A stretch of DNA of 62,308 bases, counting the filler, from Collodictyon triciliatum (lineage: Eukaryota), in assembly GCA_043381765.1 (NCBI GenBank). It is 17 parts of 17 records of this genome, joined end to end, with 100 filler letters (N's around TTAATTAATTAA, not from the genome) between each part and the next. Parts side by side here need not be neighbours in the genome. Positions count along the whole stretch, not along the records: positions 44,065 to 47,632 come from JBHJMP010007132.1; positions 47,733 to 51,300 come from JBHJMP010007133.1; positions 51,401 to 54,972 come from JBHJMP010007134.1; positions 55,073 to 58,643 come from JBHJMP010007135.1; 13 more parts are not named here. One strand, given 5' to 3'. Position numbers and translations under genes: made by a program. The notes below the pieces were generated by a model that was not told the origin of the DNA, made no database searches, and saw only the letters and a program-made list of their open reading frames with translations. This document shows positions 44,793 through 56,946 of the stretch, one piece after another. The number at the start of each line of letters is the position of its first letter. Positions within the stretch are counted from its first letter, which is position 1.

Positions 44793-46671
44793 ATTTTTTA
44801 GAGGAAGGTGTATGGATATTTTGAATGATTGAAAGAACTTTGTTGAGTATATTTATGGCGCTGTTAAAGTCCTTTGTCAGGAATACACTTTGTTTGCTTT
44901 CTGAGCGATTGCATTCTTTACATATGAGAAATCAAACACTTTTTTTTTTGAGTTTCCTTTCGGTGTCATATATTCCAGTTCTTTTTCGCAGTTGCAGCAC
45001 ATCTTGGACGTTCTAAATTCATTTACATCAACCGTTTCAAAACGTTTGGATAGTATTTTTCGTAATCCTCTTCCGATTGTTGGCATAAAATGGTTCGTCC
45101 GATAATTTCTGCCCCAGTCTCCATACGCCAGTACAAAATCCTCGCCAAATGTCTTTTCGATTCGGTTCATAAACAATTGTTCACTTCTTTTTGTATTAAC
45201 ATACTGTCTCCATCTCATCTTACGAAAAGTTACTTGCCCATAAAATCTGGAAAATTATATCTGGCATCTTGATTTCATAGATAAATACTCTCGAAATTTT
45301 TCATAATTGACCGTGCATGAATTATGTTTACTCAGTTCTGTCTCTAAATCGATTAAAAATACTCTTGATGTCTCAAACTGCTGATTCTCTTCAAAAGTCA
45401 TGTGACCAAAAGAAATAGCACTTTGTAAATATGTTGTCATCCACATCCCTTGAGCATTATACTTTTCTTTCTCGCACAAAAGTATTTTGTGATTTTTAAG
45501 AGATTTGCTTTCAAGTCTTCTTTGGTGTGCTGTGTAACGTAATTTCTTACCTGTCCCATCCACCATGCAAACCAAATTAAACTTGCCAGCGTCCAATCTG
45601 ACTATTTTTTTTTGTCGCTAATAAAGATAACTGCTCTTCAAAAAGTACATCTATATAAATACATTTTTGGGTCGTTTGATTAAATTGGATTTTGAATTTG
45701 AAATACCTTTCTTCTCAAACAATAATGACATCGCCAAGCCGTCTGTTTGTATCGTGTATTTAAAAATGTAGTCTGTTCGATGAAAACCCTCTTTTTCATT
45801 TCAAAGAACTTATCCCATAGGGTCTCTTTGCATCCCGATATATTCTTCAGTAATAATGTTTTTCCAGATAATACTAATAGACCTATCAAACATGTGCAGT
45901 ATCTAGAGTAATATGACATGGTATATTGGTAGTTCTTATAGAGATTGGCTAAAACAGTTTGGCTCCGATGTCCTCAAAAATGCGATTCGTGTAAATCAGA
46001 CATGGAATGTGCTTATTCAGATTGACTTTGACGTCATACTCAATACTTTTTACAATATCACTGGGAATCATACGATGCAAATGCGTTGTAGCCCATCCTT
46101 TATATTGTTCTGGTATTTCGAGATTCTTGAAGATGGCTTTCTTTTAACTTTTGTAACTCTGCCTTTTAAACAGCTTCCGTATTATTCTCATCTTTAGGAA
46201 CTGTTTGATTTATGAAGCGCAGTAACCTCTTTACAAAATGTACCTTAATGTTATTATGATAAGGTGCTAGAATTTGCTTCACCAGGTACCATAATACATG
46301 AGACAGTCCAACCAACGGAAAACGTTCTTCTCAGGACAAAAGGAATCGAAATTGTTGAGATAAAAAGTCATGTCGATACTTGTTTCTGGTTTTTTTAAAC
46401 TTGCTGGTCTATCTTGTGAAACTATTCCGACTGTCTTTAAAGCCTACAAAAAAACATTTCATCGATTGTTGGGAGTTGTTGTGATTTCAACATGTAGCAT
46501 CTTGCAAACAGAAAAGTGTCGGTAACCAAGTTATGACACAATAAAACCGTATCTCTGATTTTATCATAGTCATCCGCATTCTTTACAATCGACTTTAGAG
46601 ATGTTTTCACATTCCGATAGTGTTTTTACACACTTTAGATTCTCAGACCCAAGATGGTTTCTTTTCTTCAT
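44791..46671 (-). pseudogene. Fanzor1, copy 2 (~625 codons, frameshifted)
   Basis: LDAGK (RuvC-I D); LRYTAHQRRLES; RKMRWRQYVNTKRSE; YGDW; VNEFRTSKMCCNC (shifted RuvC-II E plus Zn finger); KDFNSAINI (RuvC-III D); TAG at 44791-44793. Confidence 0.92.
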
Positions 46672-47540
46672 CTGAATTTTTGTTTTACTTTTTCCATTAA
46701 AAAACTACCGAGCTTTTAATTTTAATGAAACTCTAACCAATTAGTATCAATTTAATAATAATAATAAAAAAAAAAAGCAACTGCATAAAATCAATTAATG
46801 TAAAATTTAGCATCTACCGAGACTTTCATAATATGCGCATTGTGGCAAACAAACACACGAAGTTTTTTTTTTTGTCGATTTGAGACAAAAAGCTGAGAGC
46901 TGACTCGACGAGTTCGAAAGGACAGCCGCATACCCATTGCGACTGAAAGTCAACATATCGGCCCCAAACAACGTGATTACCGCCGCAAGTGTGGATAGTA
47001 TGCTTTTTTGAAATGCATGTTTGGTGGCAGGTTTATTGGGTTGGGTTCTGTCTGGGCCAAGGCAATGGCTTTTTTGTAATTTTTGAATTTTAATGAAAAT
47101 GATAATATTGTATAAATGGGAAATAATATAATTGATTATATGAATATAATGAGATTATTACGTATTTTTAACATAATTATATATACTAATAACACTATTA
47201 TATTATCCAGGTTGTTTCTTGGATTCATCAAAGCTCCTGCTTTCGTCAAACCAGATTTAATTCGATTGTTTTCTGTGCAATAAACTGCTATATATATGCG
47301 GGTACACTTTCGTTGCATAAAAATTGTAGTGGCTTGAAAGGGATAGAACCAAGCTCGTCACAACCTTTGTTCTAAAGTTTATCCATTTACAGGCTGAATG
47401 AGGCCGAAGAAAAAGATGTTGGAAAAAGAAGGGAAAGATAAATGAATCAGAGCAACTAATAATGAGTACTATAATCATAATTATCTTGCTACCCGTGGGT
47501 CGATGGCTTGAGCCCGAGGCCTTTGTTATTATTGTTGTTG

Positions 47541-47632
<92 letters not shown>

Positions 47633-47926
47633 NNNNNNNNNNNNNNNNNNNNNNNNNNNNNNNNNNNNNNNNNNNNTTAATTAATTAANNNNNNNNNNNN
47701 NNNNNNNNNNNNNNNNNNNNNNNNNNNNNNNNAAAAAAAAAAAAAAAAAAATAAAAATAAAAATAAAGATAAAAATAAAGATAAAAATAAAGATAAAAAT
47801 AAAGATAAAAATAAAGATAAAAATAAAGATAAAAATAAAGATAAAAATAAAGATAAAAATAAAGATAAAAATAAGAAAAAGAGAAAAGGAGGGTGGAAAT
47901 AGACTGTTTGAAAATGCGCTTGAGAC

Positions 47927-48077
47927 CTTGAGCCATAGTCTCGCGCTTGGTCGGATTCGGGCAGCCGTAAACATGGTCGATGCTGGGCAGAGTGTACGCA
48001 GACGGCCTCGCAGCACCCACCTCAGCTTTGGCCAGCAGCGGATTCGGCCCTTCTGTCTGCGATCGACGGCTGTACAT
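47927..48077 (-). CDS. CFAP77: CFAP77-like (DUF4483) exon
   Basis: NPLLAKAEVGAARPSAYTLPSIDHVYG resembles the CFAP77 motif NPLxxKAELG..SYxLP..FxYG. A GT donor follows, then the contig ends. Confidence 0.65.
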
Positions 48078-48634
48078 CTCCTGCTAATTATGTCTTTCAT
48101 TGACACTGGCAAGCATTCACTTAGAGTATCGCTCTTCGCTCAAGTTCTCCCCGAAGCCCGCCCCTGCCGTGTCCGATTCGGAGCAGGTCGACAGAGACCG
48201 GAGGATTCGCAGGGGACGGTGTTGTGCTTTGGCGATCCGATCAACTGTCGCGGCAAAAAAAAAATAAAATAAAAAACAAGGAAATCCGTTGATGATGCAA
48301 ATTTGGATTATTTCTTTGAATATCAATGAAATAAATATATTCCTTTTTTGGTATGTAAATTCTGAACTTGGAAGGTGCCGTAAAATCAAAGATGGGCGAT
48401 GCGTATCGAATGAAGAAAAAAAATGGGCGGTACAACTATGCTTTTTTTTTTATTTTCATTTATTTTTTCAAAGAAAAATTAATTTTTATTTCATTTTTTT
48501 CTTGCATCATTTCTTTTGCCGCTTGCAGGTAATCAGGGTGAAAGAGGACGTTTTTTCCGAATGATTACTTCATTTGTGCGTATGCTTGGTGTGAGACGCC
48601 CTCAGTGATATGAGAATAGACAATCCCAAAGCGA

Positions 48635-50409
48635 TTAGCGGCGGTCTCTGTCGTGTTCTCTATCGCGTTCCTTTCTGTGATGGCGGTCGCGGTCGCGGTC
48701 GCGGTCACGGTCACGGTCACGGTCACGGTCACGCTCCCTGTCCTTTTCCCTGTCCTTTTCCCTGTCCTTTTCTCTGTCCTTTTCTCTGTCTCTACCTCTA
48801 TCACGGTCTCTGTCCCTTTCACGGTCTCTATCTTTTTCGCGGTCACGGTCTTTTTCTCTTTGGCGATCCTTTTCGCGGTCACGGTCCTTGTCTTTTTCCT
48901 TTTGACGGTCTTTTTCGTGGTCGCGTTCTGAATCTTTAGTTGAATCCTCAGGTTCGACCAGGACTTCTCTGAGATTCACATAAGACACAATTGTTGATAA
49001 TAGAACGAAGCGTGATGGTTCAATCTCATGAGCAAAATAAATAAATAAATAAAATAAAATGATACAACTGCTTGATATGAAATTGTGCAGGCCAACCTTC
49101 CAGATGTTCGTTGGTTAATGTCCGGATGGCCCTTTCGCGTGCCTCCGAGACCACCGCCTATGTATTGGGAAGGCGTATCACATACAATCCCCTGTCACAC
49201 GGGGAAACCAGACAACTTGTCTGATTTTCACAAATACTTACCAAGTCTTCGGGGCCTCCATCCTGGGATAGTTCTTCCACGTTCCACATCGACAACAATT
49301 CTTCGTCCGTCGATTTTGGTTCCATCAGCTTCCTTGTAGGCATCTGCAAAGGATTATTCGAATGATTCTCTTTCACATTTGATAGAAATGAAGTATTCAC
49401 TGTAAATGAAAATGAGAATGTAAAGGTAATTAGTCGAGAGAAAATGTGTAACATGAATAAACCAAGGGATGATATAACCTTTCACGCTTCGACTTCTTTC
49501 AAATTCAATGAAGGCATAACCCCGTGGCTTTTGTGTAAGCTTGTCAAAAATGAGCTTGATCTGCGCGATTTGTAAAGCCGAAGTGATAAGTGATAGATTG
49601 TATATACTCCAATGAGCTACAATATTGAAGTATATACCGATAAAGTGAAATAAACATTAACCTGTTTAATTGTGCCATATTTCTCGAACTCACGACGAAG
49701 ACGGCTTTCAGTTGTCTCATAACTCTGTGGCAGCATACAAGTAAATTTGGTATGTATCCTTCGCTTTGCATATGAGTTTGTCAATGATGGTATTTTGGAA
49801 TAATAATTACAAGGCGACCGACAAAGATAGTATGAAACGGGTCGCCACTTGCATTTGGATCATTTGTGGGGTCCCCTAATAAAAACCGAGAATAAGAGAA
49901 AGGAATGATATTAGTTAAGATACAGTATATTCCAAGAACACACAATTTTTTTTTTAGAGCCAGGTTTTTTTCTTAAAAAATAAATAAGCCAGAGATACAA
50001 GGGAAAAACAAAACAAAACAAAACAAAACAAAACAAAACAAAACAAAACAAAACAAAACAAAACAAAGCAAAGCAAAACAAAGCAAAACAAAGCAAAACA
50101 AAGCAAAACAAAGCAAAACAATGCAATGCAAAGCAAAGCAAAGTTCAAAGTCCGATTCTCACATTCTTTCAACTTTTCCTGCAGGACTTCTTCACATTTC
50201 TCCTTCCGCTCACGAGCGATGCGGCTCTTGCGGCCGTCTTTGGACTCCCCACCCATATACTCGCCGTCTGCTGGGTCTTCGAATATCTCAACATACTGTG
50301 CTATAGTCGCGTAGGAACCAAGTTTCGGCTTTTCGATGGGTGGGACGTAAGGAATCGGATCACGGGGCACAAAGAGTGCCATGATGTTGGCGGGCAAGTG
50401 GCTCGTCAT
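48635..50409 (-). CDS. SNRNP70: U1 snRNP 70 kDa protein
   Basis: [85 protein letters not shown]-rich tail. Confidence 0.96.
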
Positions 50410-51780
50410 GGCCCTGAGGGAACATGGGAAGATAGCATGAGTTTGCAGTCTTCAAAACAGGGTTCAAAGAATCATAAAGTAAATTGGGTTATATCCCCAG
50501 TGTCCAGAGAAGACACGGCGAAGCCGTCACTTCACAGTGTTTTTTTATTTATTTATTTATTTCGCGAACAATTAGCGGGGAAACTGCCTTTCAATTTAAG
50601 CAGAGAAGCAAAATAAGACATGCCTATTATTTTTTTAATCATTCTTTGAGAGACAGCGTTCTTGTGTCTGGCTCTTTAACTTGTCGGTTGGCGGCCTCTT
50701 TTTTTCTTTTTAGAAAAGTCCGAGACAAGTCAAACCCAGTCGTTATAGATTCAAGAGTAGCACAGTGTGGAGGGAGGCGTTGAAGTGGTGGTTATAGACT
50801 AAGATGTCGATCGAGTTGCTTGGATTTCAGACGCTAACGCTCCTGTGCTGGTATGGACTGATTCGAAGATGGATTGCCTTCTCCACAGATGGGCGTTGTT
50901 GTGGACTTGATTCACGAGATTATTTTCACAAACCACAGATGATCAATATGGGGCAAATTACTCTGGATTAAAACACTTCTTTTACAAAAGTGGAAAACAA
51001 CGAAAAACATATTTATATGTTGACTTACTATGTTTATACAGTATCGAACTTATATAAGTTGTTATGCTATTATACTTTAATATATTTATAACTATGCGCA
51101 AGGGTTTGGCCCTCCCTAATGTGCGCTGTAAAAATCTCTGCATATACGACCAAACAAGGCCAAAAGACTGGCTCTTCAAAACACATAACAGGCTCTTTGA
51201 CATGGCAAATGGAGAGGTGGGAATATGACAAACGAGCTCTCAGCATGATATACGCTTTAAAATCCATTAGAGGTCCTGCGCTTGGGTGTAAAAGCATTTC
51301 NNNNNNNNNNNNNNNNNNNNNNNNNNNNNNNNNNNNNNNNNNNNTTAATTAATTAANNNNNNNNNNNNNNNNNNNNNNNNNNNNNNNNNNNNNNNNNNNN
51401 AAAAAAACAAACAAAAAAACAAACAAAAAAACAAACAAAAAAACAAACAAAAAAACAAACAAAAAAACAAACAAAAAAACAAACAAAAAAACAAACAAAA
51501 AAACAAACAAAACAAACAAACATAAAACAACAACAAAAGAGAAACAAAGGATGAGTGGTCTTTGTTGTGGGAATAAGTCAGAGGACGTTCGCTCTTTCTC
51601 TCTCTTTCATTTACTACTGGCCAGGGCTTCTCTTAAATTGCAGGTATATCTTACCGCTGTTCTTTGAACCGCTTTGCAGGGAGCTCGGAAGAGAACTCGA
51701 CAGAGGATAAAAGAGGAACAGATCAGAGCGGCCTGAACCACATACAGAGGCAAAGTCATAAGCTAGGCAGCGAGACAAGG

Positions 51781-53944
51781 ATGCAGAATGCTCGGAGATA
51801 TAGCAAGCACAACGAGTACCAGTTCACAGAACACGAGGTTAGAGTTTTCCCTTTGTACTCTCCTGTCCCTTTCTGTCTGCCTCAATCATCACCTAGCACG
51901 TTCTCTCACCTTCATGTTAGTACGTTACTCTGAAACATCCGAAGAAAAACTATCATATTCAATTCTCTCCTTGCCTCATCTTCTTTCTCCTTTATCTCTA
52001 CTTTTTAAATTCTTTTTATTTCATACGTTTGAATATTTATTTGTGCGATAATACCATTGAGTGATATCTTGGTTGGCCATAGATATTTCATGATCGCTAC
52101 GTCTTTGGCGGCGAGATAGGGCGTGGCGCTTTCGGTCAGGTTTTTCGAGCGATTGATCGACTTACGCATGGGGTAGTTGCGATTAAGATTTTCCGGGCTG
52201 ATCCAGCTGTTGAGCGCCATGCCAAGCAGGAAGTTGAGATCCTCACCACAATCAACGCGAAGGATGACCAGGCCACACCGACGACAGGTTTTTGTTAGAT
52301 CATCACATTGTAAAATTAACCCTGTTCCTTTATGAATTACTCGAATCATTCTAAGCCTCCTCTTCACAGTGCGGCTTCTTGATCAATTCATGCACGGAGA
52401 GCATATTTGTATCGTGCTGGAGATGCTATCCATGAACCTTTACGAACTCGTCCAGTCCAATGGGGAGTGTGGTCTCCCATTGCCCCTTATACGCTCCTTT
52501 GGTTCTCAAATTACTCGTGCTCTTCGTTTTTACTCATCTGATATTCGTCTCTTGCACTCGGATATCAAACCAGAAAACATTCTCTTGGTTAATCCTACAT
52601 CAGCGAGAATTAAAATAATCGACTTTGGTGGTTCCTCTTTTGACCACTTTAAGGTATCTTACACATATCCTATTTAAAATTCCTATATTGTCTTATCGAG
52701 ATGAAATACAGACCTTAGAATATGCAGTAGTTAAAAACAAGATTCAGATATGTCCAGTTTGGTGATTTAATCACAAGCTGTCTTTTTTTTCTTCTTTCAT
52801 ATGATTTCTCAATCCCTGGATTATCATCTATAGCCATTCACATACATTCAAAGCCGACACTACCGCTCCCCCGAGATTCTTCTAGGCATCAAGTATTCCA
52901 CACCGATTGACATGTGGAGTCTCGGCTGTGTCCTTGTTGAGCTCTTTACCGGTGTTCCATTATTTCCTGGGCGAAACGAGAAGGAGGTGATGTGGGAAAT
53001 AGTAGAAGTGCTTGGGATGCCACCACAACCCTTTCTTTTCCTCAGTAAACGTTCTACTCATTACTTTGAAAGAGGCCCAGACATGAAATGGAGACACAAT
53101 CCATCAAAAACAAAAAAGATTGAAAAGGTACCTACATATTTTCCTCGACGAAAAGTCCTTCCATGCTGAAACCACGTTCCTTGTAATCCACAAAGATTCC
53201 GCACATTTAACCGATTTTCTATCGTCATAGGCAAGACCACTCGAATTGGTCATCAAAGACGCCATGCTGGATTTCTCCGCAGCCTTCCCAGGGTGCCCAG
53301 CCCTATCAGAGGCAGAGATTTCAAACTTTATCCATCTGGTCGGAAGTATGCTACAGTTTGAACCAGAAAAGAGAATCACCCCTGAGCAAGCACTTGCCCA
53401 CCCATTTTTTGCTACTCGAGAGGCTGAATCCGCAGAGCTTCTCAGCGAAATAATCCAGCTCATTACACAAGCGAACCACATGGAAGCAAACAGGCCCCCG
53501 TCAAGCATGGACTATGAAGCGGCTTCCAGTTCAGAATCTGCACACACTCTGGAAGCAGGAAGCCTGCACGCGTCACAGGGCACGTTCGAGTGCACAAGTT
53601 CTCCTTCCATTACTAGCTTGCTCCCAGCAGAAAGAGATGAGTTTTCTGGCTTCAAGAAGCAGACGCTCCCTTTGATGCCTGCAGTGCTAAAGGAGGTTGC
53701 CTCCATGCAACGGAGGACAAACAGTAGCCTCCGCGTATTGACGTCCACGCACTCGAGTACAGAGCGCGAAATCGCCATCAACAGCATCATTGCATCCACC
53801 CCAAGCACGCCATCAGCAGAGCACTACGTCCCGTCGCCCAGCGACTCTCATCACAGTGATGACTCAGTCCTATGCAATCCGCCAATACGCCTCCAACTGA
53901 GTCACCAGCCTGACCGGTCGCTGCATGACGTCTCCACCATCTGA
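51781..53944 (+). CDS. DYRK-family dual-specificity kinase (start uncertain)
   Basis: IGRGAFGQV..VAIK; LEMLSMNLYEL; HSDIKPENILL..IKIIDFG; TYIQSRHYRSPE..IDMWSLGC; RITPEQALAHPF; TGA at 53942. Confidence 0.9.
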
Positions 53945-54647
53945 GAGGTCTGTGCGACCGGCCTTCGTTTGTGTGGAGCTGATTGAATCAAGTATGTGTG
54001 GTACTATCGAGTGACCGGATTCTGCTTTTTTTTCTTTTTTTAAAAAAGGCGATTTTTCTTGGATTTTTTTTTTTTTTTTACTTTCGCTCTCCATATTCCG
54101 TGGCGATGTTGATGATGATGCTTAAGATTGTAAAGGGCATTGTGTTTGTCTTCTACTTTATCCTCATTTCGTATCCTTTTTCCTTTTCCCCCCTTTTTTT
54201 CATCGTTTGTGCTACCTTCCATCCTGGTCGGTGGCCCAAATCAGCCCTGACTCAAAGGGAAGCTCTTCAAACATGTTGGCCACTGCGATTCGTGCCAATA
54301 AATAGTAACTTGAAGCATAATGGCAGAAGTGCGCACGCTGTGTAATGTTTTGAAAGGAGTCTCCGGTCTGCAGACACAACCCCGCTGCTTCCATCGCGTC
54401 ACCGACCGAGCGACTCAAACTACTCGCAGGAGCGCCGCACCCACAACCCGCAAATCCGCAAATCCGCAAATCCGCAAATCCGCAAATCCCCACGCAAGAA
54501 TCAATCTGGGAGGCAGATGACGGCGGATACTGCGTCAACGAGGAGCCGCAAAGTGAATGCTCCTCAATGCCAAGGCGTCTCTGCAGAGGTCATTCCCTCT
54601 CGTGCGATTCTTTCCAGTCACCGCTCGGCCTGGCGCTTCCAAAGTCT

Positions 54648-54702
<55 letters not shown>

Positions 54703-55073
54703 TCGCGGTTTGTACTCTGCGAAAGAGGATGTCTGCTAGGCCATACCATCTGTGAAATCAGTTAATCCACATATGGAAAAGTTTATTGAATCTTGTGTGC
54801 ATCGCGTCAACACCACACTATCAACCAAAACGGAGACAGGCACTTTAGAAAAAGGAAAACAAACAATAATAAAAAAAAGAAAAAAAAGAAAAAAAAGAAA
54901 AAAAAAAAAAAAAAAAAAAAAAAAGAAAAAAAAGAAAAAAAAAGAAAAAAAAAAAAAAAAAAAAAAAAAAAANNNNNNNNNNNNNNNNNNNNNNNNNNNN
55001 NNNNNNNNNNNNNNNNTTAATTAATTAANNNNNNNNNNNNNNNNNNNNNNNNNNNNNNNNNNNNNNNNNNNNT

Positions 55074-55160
<87 letters not shown>

Positions 55161-55789
55161 CTGTTTCTTTCTTTCTTTCTTTGAGGCAAAATTACCAAAG
55201 GTTGATCCATTCTGTGCTTCGCAATGCGAATAAATCTGGTGGTCGCGCTGAGAGACTCCTGAGGAACAAAAAGAAAACACGATGAGGAAGAAAGTCTCCA
55301 TTGCTGAGAAACTATGAACACAGAGAGAGACAAAGGACACATTCCCCAGAAAATAATATTATTACACTGGCGTTCTTTCCTTCTTCTCCCAAACTACCAC
55401 ATTCTAAAGCGAATAAAACAAAAAGCCAGGAAGCAAGCGATCGGAAAAGGGGATCCCGAGAAGGACGAGACCGGCGCCGTGGAATGACCACTGACCGACG
55501 CAAAACGAGAAGGCCGACAAAGCCGACCCAGAGAGCGAAAAGGTCACTTGATTACATCCCTTGCAACATAGGTTATGCACCGAAAACACCGACGATCAAG
55601 ACGCCAGCTACCACTAACCTGTGAGTCAACAAACTATGAATTAGACAGAGCCAACTCTTTGAAACAAATAATAATAATAATAATAAAGGGGAATAAAAAA
55701 GACAGAGCGAGCCCAAGCCATCGACCCACGGGCAGCAAGATAAGTATGAATACAGTGTTCGGTATTAGTTGCTCTGACTCATTCATCTG

Positions 55790-56230
55790 TTTTTTTTCCT
55801 TTTTTTCTCTTTTTCTCTTTTTCTCTTTTTTCCTTTTTTCCTTTTTTCCTTTTTTCCTTTTTTCCTTTTTTCCTTTTTTCCTTTTTTTCTTGTGTTCTTT
55901 TCTCTTTTTTCTCTTTTTTCTCTTTTTTCTCTTTTTTCTCTTTTTTTCTCTTTTTTCTCTTTTTTCTCTTTTTTCTCTTTTTCTCTTTTTTCTCTTTTTT
56001 CTCTTTTTTCCCTTTTTTTTCCTTTTTTTCCTTTTTTTCTCTTGTTCTTTTCTCTTGTACTTTTCTCTTGTTCTTTTCTCTTGTACTTTTCTCTTGTTCT
56101 TTTCTCTTGTTCTTTTCTCTTTTTTCTCTTTTTTCTCTTTTTTCTCTTTTTTCTCTTTTTTCTCTTTTTTCCCTTTTTTCCCTTTTTTCTCTTTTTTCTC
56201 TTTTTTTTTCCTTTTCCTTTTCCATTTTTT
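55790..56230. repeat. Expanded CT-rich (TTTTTTCTC-like) tandem repeat within element copy 3
   Basis: ~440 nt of degenerate pyrimidine repeats. The matching spot in copy 2 (~47405-47440) is a short tract. Confidence 0.85.
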
Positions 56231-56946
56231 CCTCGGTCTCATTCAGCCTGTAAATGGATAAACTTCATTGCAGAGCTTGTGACGAACTTGGTTTTATCCC
56301 TTTCAAGGAACAACACATTTTATACAACGAAAGTGTACATATAAATATATAGCAGTTTATTGAAAGGCTAATCATCGAATTAAATCTGGATTGACGAAAG
56401 CAGGAGCTTTGATGAACCCAAGAAACAACCTGAATAATAAAATAGTATGATTAGTATATGTAAGGTTATAAAATACTTCACGACCTCATTCTATTCCTAT
56501 AATTAATTTCCATTTTATTTTTCATTTAGGTAATATTAAAATTCAAACATTCAAATATTACAAACAAGCTGTTGCCTTGGCCCAGACAGAACCCACCCTA
56601 TAAGCCTGCCACCAAACATGCATTTCAAAAAAGCACACTATCCACACTTGCGGCGGTAATCATGTTGTTTGGGGCCGATATGTTGACTTTCAGTCGCAAT
56701 GGCTGTACGGCCGTCCTTTCGAACTCGCCGTATCGGCTCATCGTTATGTCTCAAATCACTTACAAAAAAAACTTTGTGTGTTTGTTTGCCACAATGCGCA
56801 TATTTTGAGAGTCTCGGTAGATGCTTAATTTTACATAAATTGATTTTGTGCAGTTATTTTTATTTAATTGACGGAATGACTGAAGTTTTATTAAAATTGA
56901 AAACTCGGTAGTTTTCTAAAGGAAAAAGTAAAACAAAGACTTTCAG

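Larger units (their letters stand above)
44674..47520 (-). mobile_element. Fanzor-carrying Helitron-like element, copy 2 (5' end lost in (ATT)n and the gap)
   Basis: The 3' terminus reads TACCAATC-TTTC-GATTGGTA-CACTCCTT-CTAG|T. About 850 bp upstream of the ORF is shared with copy 3. No Rep/helicase ORF was seen. Confidence 0.8.

Noticed and set aside
55575-56344. Long Lys/Glu- or Phe-rich ORFs here and at most contig ends
   Set aside because: Translations of microsatellites.
56604-56829. Open frame CHQTCISKKHTIHTCGGNHVVWGRY.. in the element leader, with two synonymous changes versus copy 2
   Set aside because: No start codon, a TAA directly upstream in both copies, and the frame is not kept in copy 2. 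Retained only as part of the unexplained-leader finding.
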